IMG/VR virus record: IMGVR_UViG_3300020198_000011
Direction: 5' to 3' (one strand)
DNA: 64,000 nucleotides
DNA from: an uncultured virus (IMG/VR IMGVR_UViG_3300020198_000011)
Lineage: Duplodnaviria; Heunggongvirae; Uroviricota; Caudoviricetes
Both the position numbers and the translations under genes were made by a program. The notes beneath the pieces are model-generated. The model was not told the DNA's origin. It worked only from the letters and a program-made list of their open reading frames with translations, and searched no databases. Each line of letters opens with the position of its first letter. The stretch's first letter is position 1. Of this stretch, positions 37,615 through 46,854 are shown piece by piece.

Positions 37615-37853
37615 GACGCAAACACTCCCTGCTCCTTGAGCGCCTCGAAGGCCGCCCGCTCCTGCTCGGCAATCCGCTTGCGCAACACGCCGAGCATGTC
37701 CTGGATCTCTTCCATCTTGGGCGAGCCCAGCATGTCCACCAGCACCTCCGAGACCCACGGCTCCTCGTACATCCTATCGAGTTCCCGCTCCAGGTGGTTC
37801 GCCGCGGCCACTAGCCGCACGTAATTGCGCATAACGTCCGTAGCGTTATTCAC
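37611..37853 (-). CDS. hypothetical protein
   Basis: 80-aa helical ORF coupled to dut. Confidence 0.6.
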   Translation of the reverse strand: MNNATDVMRNYVRLVAAANHLERELDRMYEEPWVSEVLVDMLGSPKMEEIQDMLGVLRKRIAEQERAAFEALKEQGVFAS

Positions 37854-37931
37854 GATCCCATCGTCTTTCTTTTACGGATAACCGGTATGACCCCCGTGTT
37901 TTTCGAGACATCGTGAGTTTTTGCAATCCGG

Positions 37932-38371
37932 TTACGCCTCTTCGTCATCCTTTTGCTCTGGCCTTCCCAGGCGCCGCATCCGGTCCCAGAGCCGCTCCCG
38001 ACGGACCTTGTCCGGCTCTGGCGCCGGTGGGGGCTCCTGATCGGTCACCATGTGCCCCATGCCCCAGGCCGCGAAGATCTGATCGGTCAAGCGCTTGGCC
38101 ACGGCCTCTTGCTCCTTGTGGTCCGACCCGCGCTCGGGGAATAGCACCCCCAACAGGTCATCGGCGGCCTTCGCGGATATATCGGCCGCCTGCTTGCCAG
38201 CATACCCCGACAAGCCGGAAAAGATCAAGGCCCGCAACGTCAAGAGTTCCCTCTGCTGCTGCGCGAGCATCGAGAGCTGGAGGTACGCGTCCTGCAACGA
38301 ACCCCGGGGCGGAAGCCTGACCCCCTGGAGCCAGGCGCGACTGCGCAACTGGCCCCAGGAGGTCTTTAGCA
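37932..38371 (-). CDS. -1 frameshift extension of tail assembly chaperone-like protein (gpT-like)
   Basis: No own RBS/start; entered via G GGA AAC into LLKTSWGQLRSR... Confidence 0.7.
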
Positions 38372-38378
38372 GTTTCCC
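38319..38378 (-). other. programmed -1 ribosomal frameshift signal
   Basis: Slippery GGGAAAC (38372-38378) in X XXY YYZ phase, 7-nt spacer, 16-bp stem GACCTCCTGGGGCCAG/CTGGCTCCAGGGGGTC. Confidence 0.85.
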
Positions 38379-39577
38379 ACCATCTCCAGGTTGTTCGCCT
38401 TGCGTACCTTGCGATCCCAGGCCTCGCACGCCCGCAAATAATGGTAGTACAACGACAATGGCAGACCCTTGAGATAGTCGAGCCGCTCCTTGAGCGAACT
38501 GGTAGGACCAAACCGCACCCGGTTGTCACCGCGGAAAAACGCCGCGAACCGGAACAACCCCACGATCAGCGTGACCCGATCCCCCGACATCTCACCGTAA
38601 CCCGCCTGCAAGATCCCCTCGGCCAACTCGTTGGCCTTGTCGAGCGCATCGGTCGTCGGCGATGCGAACACCAGTTCTAGATCGCCGTCGAGGGCCCTGA
38701 CAATGCCGGTGAACTCCTCGCCATCGGGCACCGTACACATCTGCTCGACCAGCGCCTTGGCGTCCTCGTCAGAGAATTCCTCGTCGATTTTCCCCTGGCA
38801 CGCCTCCTGGGCCAGGGTGTCCAGGTGCAGCAGGGCCGTCGCCAGGGCCTGGTAATGGAATTCCTGCATGCCCTTGAAGTGCGTGACCATCACGTCGAGC
38901 TGTTCGCACAACCCGGTCGGACCACCCGGCACCAACCGACTGCGCGGACAACCGCCCTTGCCGTCATCGAGCACCGTGAACGCCAGGGCGCGCTTGTTGG
39001 TCTCGGTCGCCTTCCACGGAAACGACGCGGCCGGCACCTCGCGCGCCAGGCGCTCCTGCCACTCCTGGATGGCATCCGAGTCCTCGACGGTGCGCACCCG
39101 CAACTTGGCGGTCAAGCGGCCGGCCATCAGCTTGAACTCGGCCGCGAACGCACCGTCGGCCAGGATCCGCTTGCGGCCCCAGGCCACGCATGGATCGCAG
39201 TGGGCTCGGGCCACCTCGGTCGCGATCTCGGCCTCGCAACGCACGCAATGCCGATGATCGGTCTCGCGAGCCTGCCCCTTGCGGGCGCAAACACCGCAGG
39301 GGACCAACACGGCGCGCTCGATGCGCACGAACACCTCGCCATGGATTGATACATCGCCGAGCTGTAGTTCCTGGGCCGAATTAACCTGCAAGATCTTGGC
39401 GCAGGTCCATTCCCCCTCGTCTGACCGTTTCTCCACTGGCGCCGAAGCGGCCAAAAGCGTGGTACGGTCGTCGGTCGTCACCCCCAGCGCATAGAGGTCG
39501 GCGCCGACAAGCAGCAAGCGGCCATCGCTCGTAACCATGCCGCTTCCAACCCACAGGGGGGTCCACAGGTCCGCCAT
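38366..39577 (-). CDS. tail assembly chaperone-like protein (gpG-like) with Cys-rich region
   Basis: GGAGG RBS before MADLWTPLW; ends VGNC* on the slippery site; CGVC/CVRC/CDPC. Confidence 0.6.
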   Translation of the reverse strand: MADLWTPLWVGSGMVTSDGRLLLVGADLYALGVTTDDRTTLLAASAPVEKRSDEGEWTCAKILQVNSAQELQLGDVSIHGEVFVRIERAVLVPCGVCARKGQARETDHRHCVRCEAEIATEVARAHCDPCVAWGRKRILADGAFAAEFKLMAGRLTAKLRVRTVEDSDAIQEWQERLAREVPAASFPWKATETNKRALAFTVLDDGKGGCPRSRLVPGGPTGLCEQLDVMVTHFKGMQEFHYQALATALLHLDTLAQEACQGKIDEEFSDEDAKALVEQMCTVPDGEEFTGIVRALDGDLELVFASPTTDALDKANELAEGILQAGYGEMSGDRVTLIVGLFRFAAFFRGDNRVRFGPTSSLKERLDYLKGLPLSLYYHYLRACEAWDRKVRKANNLEMVGNC

Positions 39578-39712
39578 CGTGCCTCCATCGCGTGTTCGCC
39601 ACCGGCAATAGTTGCTAATGGCAATTGTCAACAATAGCAACTTTTATTTCGGCCATATCTGGCGCAAACCAAGTCACTATGCGGTTTTCAACCAGGCAAG
39701 CAATCTTCGAAC

Positions 39713-39742
39713 TTGCCTGCTTTGGTAGTACCAAGCTATACT
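39713..39742 (+). promoter_or_regulatory. sigma70-type promoter with operator in spacer
   Basis: TTGCCT-18-TATACT containing TTGGTAGTACCAA. Confidence 0.75.
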
Positions 39743-39787
39743 CGCAATTACCAAACGTCAAGCAACCGTCGCCACCTGGGGGAATGG

Positions 39788-40291
39788 ATGCCAAAATTCA
39801 CGCTATCCGTGATACGTGCAGGAGAGCCCGTCGCCAAGCTGGGATCCGATGAACCGGACGCCCCTAACCAACTGGCTTTCGACCGCCTGCGAGATCTGGA
39901 CGACATCAAGGTCTCGACGCTCCACAACGGCACCGTCGTCATCGCTTCCGAGCACCAGATCGTAGGCCTCGGCCACGACGGTTCCATGTGGATGTTAAAG
40001 AACCTCGATAGCAAAAGTGGCGTCGACACCGTAAAAGAAACGGGCGCAGGCGTCACAGAGCTCAAATGTGATCACGATGAACTGACCCTCCTGGAGCTCG
40101 CGTTGCAGAACCTCCCCGTCGCCAAGAATGGCGCACGCAAGCGCAGCCATGAACGCCTGTTGCGCGCCGTCGCCCGCAAGAAAAAGGACGTGGCACCCGT
40201 GGCCCCCGAGCCACCAGGCACCCGTACCGATCCGGACATGACGGCCCACCAGGCGCCACCGCCCTCGGCCGATCCGGGAGTTCAGGCATGA
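39788..40291 (+). CDS. hypothetical protein
   Basis: MPKFTLSVIRAG..., first gene after promoter. Confidence 0.65.
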   Translation: MPKFTLSVIRAGEPVAKLGSDEPDAPNQLAFDRLRDLDDIKVSTLHNGTVVIASEHQIVGLGHDGSMWMLKNLDSKSGVDTVKETGAGVTELKCDHDELTLLELALQNLPVAKNGARKRSHERLLRAVARKKKDVAPVAPEPPGTRTDPDMTAHQAPPPSADPGVQA

Positions 40292-40839
40292 GCCAGAACC
40301 ACGGGTGCGTGGCGATCTTGCCCTTCAAGTCCCTGGCCATCGAGTTCACGGTCGAGACCTCATCCGGACACGATTGCCCAAACTGTGCGCCCGCTCTCGG
40401 CGGCAAGGACCTGATCTCCTACAGCGAACAGGATGGCCGGGTGGTCTCGCTCGACCTGCGTTGCCACGCATGCGCCCACACCTGGACCCTCCACCCCGCG
40501 TCGGCCACCATTCACCACCCGGAGACCATGTTCTTCGTGGTGGCCCACCGCAACGAACGAACCGTGCTCTTCCTTGGTGCCACGGCCGACTACCGGACCC
40601 TCGATCAACTGACCGCCGACCACCAGCTGGAAGATGCCATCGGCCACGCCCTATGCACACAGAATGGACCCAATGGCCTCCTGGGTCTGCGCTGCCAGAT
40701 CCTGCGTCCTGCGGGTTCCATCTGGGTGATGGTCGAGCAGACGGTGGCGATGTTGATTCCCGAACAGGATATGCGGAATGTCTTGCTGGAGTTGGGATGC
40801 AAGGTGCCCAGGTTCGTGCATGGACCTGGGGATAATTAG
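40288..40839 (+). CDS. zinc-ribbon hypothetical protein
   Basis: CPNC...CHAC. Confidence 0.65.
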   Translation: MSQNHGCVAILPFKSLAIEFTVETSSGHDCPNCAPALGGKDLISYSEQDGRVVSLDLRCHACAHTWTLHPASATIHHPETMFFVVAHRNERTVLFLGATADYRTLDQLTADHQLEDAIGHALCTQNGPNGLLGLRCQILRPAGSIWVMVEQTVAMLIPEQDMRNVLLELGCKVPRFVHGPGDN

Positions 40840-40967
40840 GGATTCTATTCGAATGTACTTTCGAGATAGGTTCGCGGATGGAATGACCGGGCCGAGACAG
40901 TTAGGGATACGCTGCGCAGGTAGGCCTCCCGAAGCCCAGGATGGCGGCAAGTTAAATCGAGGTATCG

Positions 40968-41213
40968 GTGGATTCTGACCTGTACGAACGCTGGCGCCCC
41001 TTTCTGGAAGACACCCAAATCCAGGAATGCCTGCACCGGCTCGGGGATCTGCGCTTCGAGCACCTGGCCAGCACCGAGGCCCACATCGGCGAGGATCAGG
41101 TCGGGTTCACACATCTCGAATTCATCGGGCCCAAGCACGAAATCCTCACGATTGCGCTGATCGTCGGCCAACTCGGGCTCATCGCCGACCAGGACATCCG
41201 GCGCGGCAATTGA
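40968..41213 (+). CDS. hypothetical protein
   Basis: GAGG RBS, 81 aa. Confidence 0.55.
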   Translation: MDSDLYERWRPFLEDTQIQECLHRLGDLRFEHLASTEAHIGEDQVGFTHLEFIGPKHEILTIALIVGQLGLIADQDIRRGN

Positions 41214-41241
41214 CGCTAGGCTGCTCCATGTGGTAATACCA
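41210..41241 (+). promoter_or_regulatory. promoter/operator of LexA-like gene
   Basis: TTGACG at 41210; perfect TGGTAATACCA over the -10 region, 5 nt before ATG. Confidence 0.7.
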
Positions 41242-41246
41242 TCTCC

Positions 41247-41570
41247 ATGCGCGAACTGACCCCCGCGGAAAAAAAGGTGCTGACCGCCCTGTATGACCTC
41301 AGCACGCCGACCCACACGCCAAGCATCGAGGAACTGGCCCGGCACATCGGCCTCAAGAGCAAGTCGAACGTTCACTACCACCTCGGGCACCTCGTCGAAC
41401 TCGGCCTCGTCAGCCGGGGCAATGGCTCACATCGGAGCTTCCGGGCCGTACGCAAGACCGAGACCATGACTGTCAAGCCACCCGACCACGCCGCTTCACT
41501 TGCCAGGGCCCTCGCACATTTCGAGGGCCAGACGGTGCGCATTACCATCGAGGCCCTCGACCCGTCATGA
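41247..41570 (+). CDS. LexA N-terminal DNA-binding domain protein lacking S24 peptidase
   Basis: LTPAEKKVL....TPSIEELARHIGLKSKSNVHYHLGHLVELGLVSRGNGSHRS; only 107 aa. Confidence 0.85.
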   Translation: MRELTPAEKKVLTALYDLSTPTHTPSIEELARHIGLKSKSNVHYHLGHLVELGLVSRGNGSHRSFRAVRKTETMTVKPPDHAASLARALAHFEGQTVRITIEALDPS

Positions 41571-41938
41571 ACGAGACCCTGACCAGGGGGCTGATCGAGA
41601 ACCATCCGCGAGTCTTCGCGATTCCCATCCGGAGTCATCCCTTCTACCTGTTCGGCTTCGAGGTCGACGACGGCTGGCACGATCTACTCCGTGCCTGCTG
41701 CGACCAGATTGAGCAATACCTGGCCGAGCATCCAGACCTGCCATTCGCCGTCGCCCAGATCAAGGAGAAGTTCGGCACATTGCGCTTCTACTTCGACGAC
41801 GGAGATGATCATATCCAAGAACTGGTGCGCCAGGCCGAGAAGCAGAGCGGTGTGACCTGCGAGATATGCGGGGCGCCCGGCACCCTCAAGAGCCTGCGGG
41901 GCGGGGGCTGGATGGCAACCCGGTGCGCAACATGCTGA
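41567..41938 (+). CDS. conserved phage hypothetical protein
   Basis: GFEVDDGW..QIKEKFGTLRFY..TCEICGAPG. Confidence 0.75.
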   Translation: MNETLTRGLIENHPRVFAIPIRSHPFYLFGFEVDDGWHDLLRACCDQIEQYLAEHPDLPFAVAQIKEKFGTLRFYFDDGDDHIQELVRQAEKQSGVTCEICGAPGTLKSLRGGGWMATRCATC

Positions 41939-42588
41939 TCCACCAGATGACGCCCGAGAAGTGGGCCAAGATCGATCGCTTCTGGCTGGACGTAGCCATC
42001 GCATACGGGGACGCCTTCTCGAAGGACCCCAAGCACCGCTTCGGGAGCATCATCCTCAACAACACCACCCTGGCGCCCTGCGTGGCGGGCTACAACGGTC
42101 GCGGCGCCGGCCGGCCGGACGTGCGCATCTCGATGGAACAGGGTCGGGCCGGGACGGCGCACTCGGAAGCGAATGCGATTGGCCGCATGAACTGGGACTG
42201 GGGCTGCACATACACGCTCTATGTGCGCTCGAACCCATGCTACGACTGCGCCAGCCTGATCCTCAACATGCCCATCACGCGCTTCGTGCATCGCGACACC
42301 TATGAAGCCGAGCGCGGCGACGAAGAGCTCGCGGCATCCGGGCGCGTCGAAGTCATCCGCCTGGACCCCTTCGACCTGGGAGACGCCCGCGGACAGGAAA
42401 TCCTTCTACTCGAACGAGAGTTGGCCATATGGCAACGGCTCGCCGACCCCGAGACTGCCCTGACCATCAACGCCAGGCAATGGGCCGGCTACCATCAGGA
42501 AGTCGACTTCCTGCACAAGGAACGGGCTAAACTGACGGGCAAACGGCCCGTCGACGCAAGCCCGACCGTTACCTTGCACGAGGACTGA
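41932..42588 (+). CDS. dCMP deaminase-like protein
   Basis: SKDP, GYNG, HSEANAI, PCYDC zinc motifs. Confidence 0.85.
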   Translation: MLIHQMTPEKWAKIDRFWLDVAIAYGDAFSKDPKHRFGSIILNNTTLAPCVAGYNGRGAGRPDVRISMEQGRAGTAHSEANAIGRMNWDWGCTYTLYVRSNPCYDCASLILNMPITRFVHRDTYEAERGDEELAASGRVEVIRLDPFDLGDARGQEILLLERELAIWQRLADPETALTINARQWAGYHQEVDFLHKERAKLTGKRPVDASPTVTLHED

Positions 42589-42949
42589 TCATGGCCAAAC
42601 AGGATCCGGGCGCCAGGCAGGCCCACGAGGAAGCCAAGATGGATATCGTCCTGGCCTTTCGGAAGGTCAATCTGATGGCGTGCTCACTCGATACGCTCCA
42701 GCAGATCAAGGCCCTGATCGATGCCGACCCCGGGAAGTCGTAGGCCGGCTCCTCGGCCGCGGCCTGCGGCCGGGTCCTCGGACGCCCTCGGCGCTGAGCG
42801 TCTCCCGTCCTCTGCGGTGCCCGAGGTGAGCCGCATCGCACCGGCGACGCCCCGGGAGGCCCTGGAGTTGGCCACGGCCATCGGGGCTGGCATGACGCTC
42901 TTCGATTGCATCGTGGGTACCTATGATCTCCCTGAGGAGGTCGCCGGCC

Positions 42950-43363
42950 ATGAAGAGCATGCCCACGACACCCGGGTACACCTTCTACGAAGCGAGCGAT
43001 CGCGCAAAGCGCCCAAGGGTCTTTGAGCTGGCCAACGGCGACGTCCGTTTCTCGCTGCGCTCGCCCGAGACCGGCACCATCCCCCCGGGCGGCCTGGGCT
43101 GGGTCAACACCCACATCCGCCTGGAGTACCCCAAGGAATTACCAAAACTGGTCTTCTCGCGGCCCGAATGGATGCCCGATCACGTCCTGGTCAATGGGCA
43201 GATAGATCCCGACGGTATCGTCCTGGCCTGCATCGTCAACCAGTCCGACACCGACCCGCTGGTCATCGGGCGCGGAGCCTGGGTGCTGGTGGGCCTGGTC
43301 AAGCGTTCGCCCGAACCTGTGTCCTGGTGGGAGCGCTTCCTGGACTGGCTCGGGTTAAACTAG
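42950..43363 (+). CDS. degenerate dUTPase-fold protein
   Basis: LRSPETGTIPPG..VNTHIRLEYP..FSR..GQID; lacks motif V; C-terminal SWWERFLDWLG. Confidence 0.6.
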   Translation: MKSMPTTPGYTFYEASDRAKRPRVFELANGDVRFSLRSPETGTIPPGGLGWVNTHIRLEYPKELPKLVFSRPEWMPDHVLVNGQIDPDGIVLACIVNQSDTDPLVIGRGAWVLVGLVKRSPEPVSWWERFLDWLGLN

Positions 43364-43370
43364 GAGCGCC

Positions 43371-43748
43371 ATGCCCTGCCCGGATTGCGACGGCCAACGC
43401 GACCTGTTGTACCTGGCCATGCGCGCGGTCACCGCCACCCAGGACCTCGCCAGCCACCACGAAGCCTGCCCGGTCTGTCAAACCAACGGCGACTGCGCCG
43501 CTCACGAGCAACTCGCCGCGGACGAACTCGGGTACCGCCATGCGGTCCTGTGCCCGGAGAACATCGCGCTGACTCCCTATCGTGAACGCCTGGCCCGATT
43601 CGACCGTCTGCTCGACGACGGCCACAGCCTCGCCCAGGTCTGCCACCTGCGCTTCGAGCACAGCCACCAGCCGGACGAGATCCAGGCCCGCAACCTGGCC
43701 GGCCGGGTCCTGGCCGGGCATCGCCACCTCTACGGAGAGCACCCATGA
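43371..43748 (+). CDS. Cys/His-rich hypothetical protein
   Basis: CPDC, CPVC; AGGAG RBS. Confidence 0.65.
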   Translation: MPCPDCDGQRDLLYLAMRAVTATQDLASHHEACPVCQTNGDCAAHEQLAADELGYRHAVLCPENIALTPYRERLARFDRLLDDGHSLAQVCHLRFEHSHQPDEIQARNLAGRVLAGHRHLYGEHP

Positions 43749-44230
43749 CCAACGACCAGACGCATCACCTGGCACTGCTGGGCAAGTTCTGCCGGGAACG
43801 ACGCAAGACATTGGGCCTCACCCAACAGCAACTCCATCAGGCTACCGGGTTGTCCATGGGCTGGATCGGCTCGGCCGAGGCCGGCCTGGAACACACCCCA
43901 AAACCGGAAACTCTCAGAAAGCTCTCTGGTGGCTTGGTCCTATCAGTAGAAACCCCTGGGTCTCTATGGAACTTCTTCCAAGTACTCTTGGCGGGAGCCC
44001 TCCTGGATCATGTAGTCATCGCCGTGGCCTGCGGAATCAAGTCTGCCGCGGACGTCCTCTGGGAGGCCACGCAAGGGCACGGGATCCGCCTCCTGCTGCC
44101 AGCCGAAACCCGTGCAACCAGACGACCATCCAATCATGATCGCGTAATGAAGCTACTGGCGGCAGATCTCCCACCCCCAGACTACGAACTGGCCCAAATC
44201 CTGCTGGCACATCTGTACCGCAGGCTGTAG
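43745..44230 (+). CDS. XRE-family HTH regulator
   Basis: RERRKTLGLTQQQLHQATGLSMGWIGSAEAG..PKPETLRKL. Confidence 0.85.
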   Translation: MTNDQTHHLALLGKFCRERRKTLGLTQQQLHQATGLSMGWIGSAEAGLEHTPKPETLRKLSGGLVLSVETPGSLWNFFQVLLAGALLDHVVIAVACGIKSAADVLWEATQGHGIRLLLPAETRATRRPSNHDRVMKLLAADLPPPDYELAQILLAHLYRRL

Positions 44231-44385
44231 CATATCTTAACGACGTAATATTTTTTGCCGCGAAGGCATACTTATACTCTTGCCTAACCAGGCAAGCCTC
44301 GGCTAATCTGTGATCCTGGGGTGTCAAGTCACTCTATGGCACAATACCGTCCCGCCAACAAAACTTGCGTATGCGAGGTGTCGCC

Positions 44386-44598
44386 ATGCTTGTCAATTCG
44401 ACCAGTTTTCAGTACAAACGCGCCCAGGGCAGCGAGACGCTCGGACACTCCGGCCGTGCTGCCATCTGGCGTGACCACGACAACCAGCAGTTCGTCATCC
44501 GCTGCGGACAGGGTGCGCTCTTCCTCTGCGACGAGGAGTTTGAAGACCTCATGGCCGCATTCCGGCGCGCCGGCATCCATGGGCTGCCAACCCCCTGA
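44386..44598 (+). CDS. hypothetical protein
   Basis: GAGG RBS, MLVNSTSF... Confidence 0.5.
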   Translation: MLVNSTSFQYKRAQGSETLGHSGRAAIWRDHDNQQFVIRCGQGALFLCDEEFEDLMAAFRRAGIHGLPTP

Positions 44599-44849
44599 TG
44601 GCCCCACGTGTCCTGCGCGGCATTACCAGACTCAAGGGGGAGGTCAGCCGCCTGGTCGACCTCGACATCCCCGGCCACGGTGACCGGCCGGCCATCAAGG
44701 GGCCAGCGGCCGTGACGCTGACCGCCCAGGGCGTCGAGATTCGCCTCAAGCATCACAAGCGCCGGCTGGTATTACCATTTGACCAAATGATCGACGCGGC
44801 GCAACGCGATGTCAGTCACAACCGGGCCTACCTGCTGGGGAAGGACTAG
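44598..44849 (+). CDS. small hypothetical protein (paralog of 32874-33050)
   Basis: EVSRLVDL...AVTLTAQGVEIRLKHHKR. Confidence 0.6.
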   Translation: MAPRVLRGITRLKGEVSRLVDLDIPGHGDRPAIKGPAAVTLTAQGVEIRLKHHKRRLVLPFDQMIDAAQRDVSHNRAYLLGKD

Positions 44850-44851
44850 CC

Positions 44852-45646
44852 ATGGCCGTCAAGCTGCTAGGTAAGAGCGCTCTGTTCTTCGAGCTAGACG
44901 GCGCGGTCCGCAAGATCAAGCCCGAACGCGTCGAGTCCTACCTTGCCCAGTACAACGAGATCCCACCAGCCCCGGCCGCCCTGGGCGACCAGACCCTCAT
45001 CGAGCCAGTCGTGGCCTTCATCAAGGATTACTGCTCCCGCGAGGCGGTCATACCCATTGGCATAGACCAGGCCCCGTATGTCGGACCGGTCGTCGATCGC
45101 GAGAGCTACCTGACCATCCTCGAAGAACTCCATGGCATGCTCGCCGAGGCCGGCGTGCCCATGCCCGAGTTCAGGAAGGCGTTCTTCGTCTGCACACACG
45201 CACCCGACATCCAGAAGCACGTCGCCCCAGACGGCAAGCTGGTCGAGTTGGCCACCCCCCGCTGCTCATGCCGCTTCCCCGGGGCGGACATCTTCAAGCG
45301 CGCCGCCGAACGCCACCACATCAACTACCTGGAGAAGTGGGGCCGCTGGCGCTTCTTCGAGCCATCGCTGTGCCTCGTGGCCACCAAGGCCGCCCGGGAC
45401 GCCGCCATCCATGGCTGTGGACTCAACGTCCAGTGGGTCGAAGGCGTCCTCGACGGCTCGTACCAGTGGCCAACCCTCATCGAGAATGAGCATCGCACGG
45501 CCGCGGCCCGGCTGGCCGACTTCGCCAGGCAATCCGGTCTGTACTCGCAGAGCGCCCCGGTCGTCACGGCCGATGCCCGCAGCCTGCCGGATCTGCCCGT
45601 CCTGCCCCGTAAACTCGATCGCCCGAGCCGGAAAGACCAGCCTTGA
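44852..45646 (+). CDS. GmhB/HisB-like HAD-fold protein, degenerate active site
   Basis: ALFFELDG (for DxDG), CTH...CSCRFPG (for CxH..CxCRKP). Confidence 0.65.
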   Translation: MAVKLLGKSALFFELDGAVRKIKPERVESYLAQYNEIPPAPAALGDQTLIEPVVAFIKDYCSREAVIPIGIDQAPYVGPVVDRESYLTILEELHGMLAEAGVPMPEFRKAFFVCTHAPDIQKHVAPDGKLVELATPRCSCRFPGADIFKRAAERHHINYLEKWGRWRFFEPSLCLVATKAARDAAIHGCGLNVQWVEGVLDGSYQWPTLIENEHRTAAARLADFARQSGLYSQSAPVVTADARSLPDLPVLPRKLDRPSRKDQP

Positions 45647-46053
45647 CTGTCACCTCCAAGCCAAACCGCACGGTCGACCTGGGCCTCAAGGATCCATGTC
45701 AGTGCGGCTCGGGAAAGCGGTTCAAGGCCTGCTGCTACCAGCTGCCGCGCAAAGGCTCGGGCTGGCTCTTCCTCTCGGCCCGGACCTACCTGCCGCTGCG
45801 CATCGAAATTCCCGGGCACGACCACCCGGCCCTCTTGCTCCATGCGACCTATAAGGGCGCCCTGGAGTACAGTGGGCACAATAAACTGGTCGCCCTCGCC
45901 GGCGAGGAACTCTATCTGGTCAGGATGACCATAGAGCAGGTGACCGAGCAGCTCGACGCGAGCTTCAGGCCCGGCGACACAACGCTGCTGATCGTGCCCG
46001 CGACGATCTCCGAGGATGGCCAGGGCGCAGTCTACGAGGTGGTCTCCGAGTGA
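45643..46053 (+). CDS. SEC-C motif protein
   Basis: DPCQCGSGKRFKACC. Confidence 0.75.
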   Translation: MTVTSKPNRTVDLGLKDPCQCGSGKRFKACCYQLPRKGSGWLFLSARTYLPLRIEIPGHDHPALLLHATYKGALEYSGHNKLVALAGEELYLVRMTIEQVTEQLDASFRPGDTTLLIVPATISEDGQGAVYEVVSE

Positions 46054-46293
46054 TCCGCCAGTTGCTCGAAGGCCCGTTGCGCCCGCTGCTCGAACTGGTC
46101 AGCCCGGGCGCGCAACACCATGATCTCACGGACCACCCGGGAAGTCCGGTCACCCGAAGCGCCGGGCGCCAGATGGTCGGCCAGGCGCCGCAACTCGACC
46201 GCGCGAGCGGCCAACTCGGCATACGATCGGGCAATCTTCTGGCGCATACGGCTACTCTGTCATATTGGCGCCAGAAGCTCAAGTGGTAAAGCT

Positions 46294-46854
46294 ATGAAGC
46301 TTGCCTGCTGCGGATCGAGCTGCGGAGGAAAGACCACGCTCGCCACCTCGCTAGCCGATCGCCTCGGCCTGCCGGAGGCCATCACGTACAGCCGGCCCAC
46401 CACCGCCGCGCGCCGGCTGGGCTACTCGCGCGCCAGCGCCGTGCCGCCCGAGGAGATGCGCATCTTCCAGTGGCATGCCTTGTTCGAGCAGCTACTGGCC
46501 GAGACCATGGGATCCTTCGGGAGTAGCTTCGTCGCGGACCGCAGCGTGCTCGACTTCGCGGCCTACTACCTCTTCCAGGCCCCTGGTGCCGTCTGGGGCG
46601 ACGATTACGTGGCCTTCGCGATCGACCACGCCTGCCGGGCCTACGATCTCCTGATCCACGTCCCGCCGCCAACCTGGGAAGTCGAGGACGACGACAAGCG
46701 CCACCTCCACGGCATCCACGAGGTCGACGGCATCCTCGCGCAACTCCTCGGCCTGCGCGACCTGCCGGACCGCACGCTGCACCTGAAGGCCAATACGCCA
46801 GAGGATCGCGTCGAAGAAGTCGTCACGTGCTTGCAGGATCGAGGCCTCCTGTGA
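46294..46854 (+). CDS. P-loop nucleotide kinase (AAA_28/NadR-like)
   Basis: GSSCGGKTTLA, VADRSVLD, YDLL, DDDKR. Confidence 0.8.
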   Translation: MKLACCGSSCGGKTTLATSLADRLGLPEAITYSRPTTAARRLGYSRASAVPPEEMRIFQWHALFEQLLAETMGSFGSSFVADRSVLDFAAYYLFQAPGAVWGDDYVAFAIDHACRAYDLLIHVPPPTWEVEDDDKRHLHGIHEVDGILAQLLGLRDLPDRTLHLKANTPEDRVEEVVTCLQDRGLL

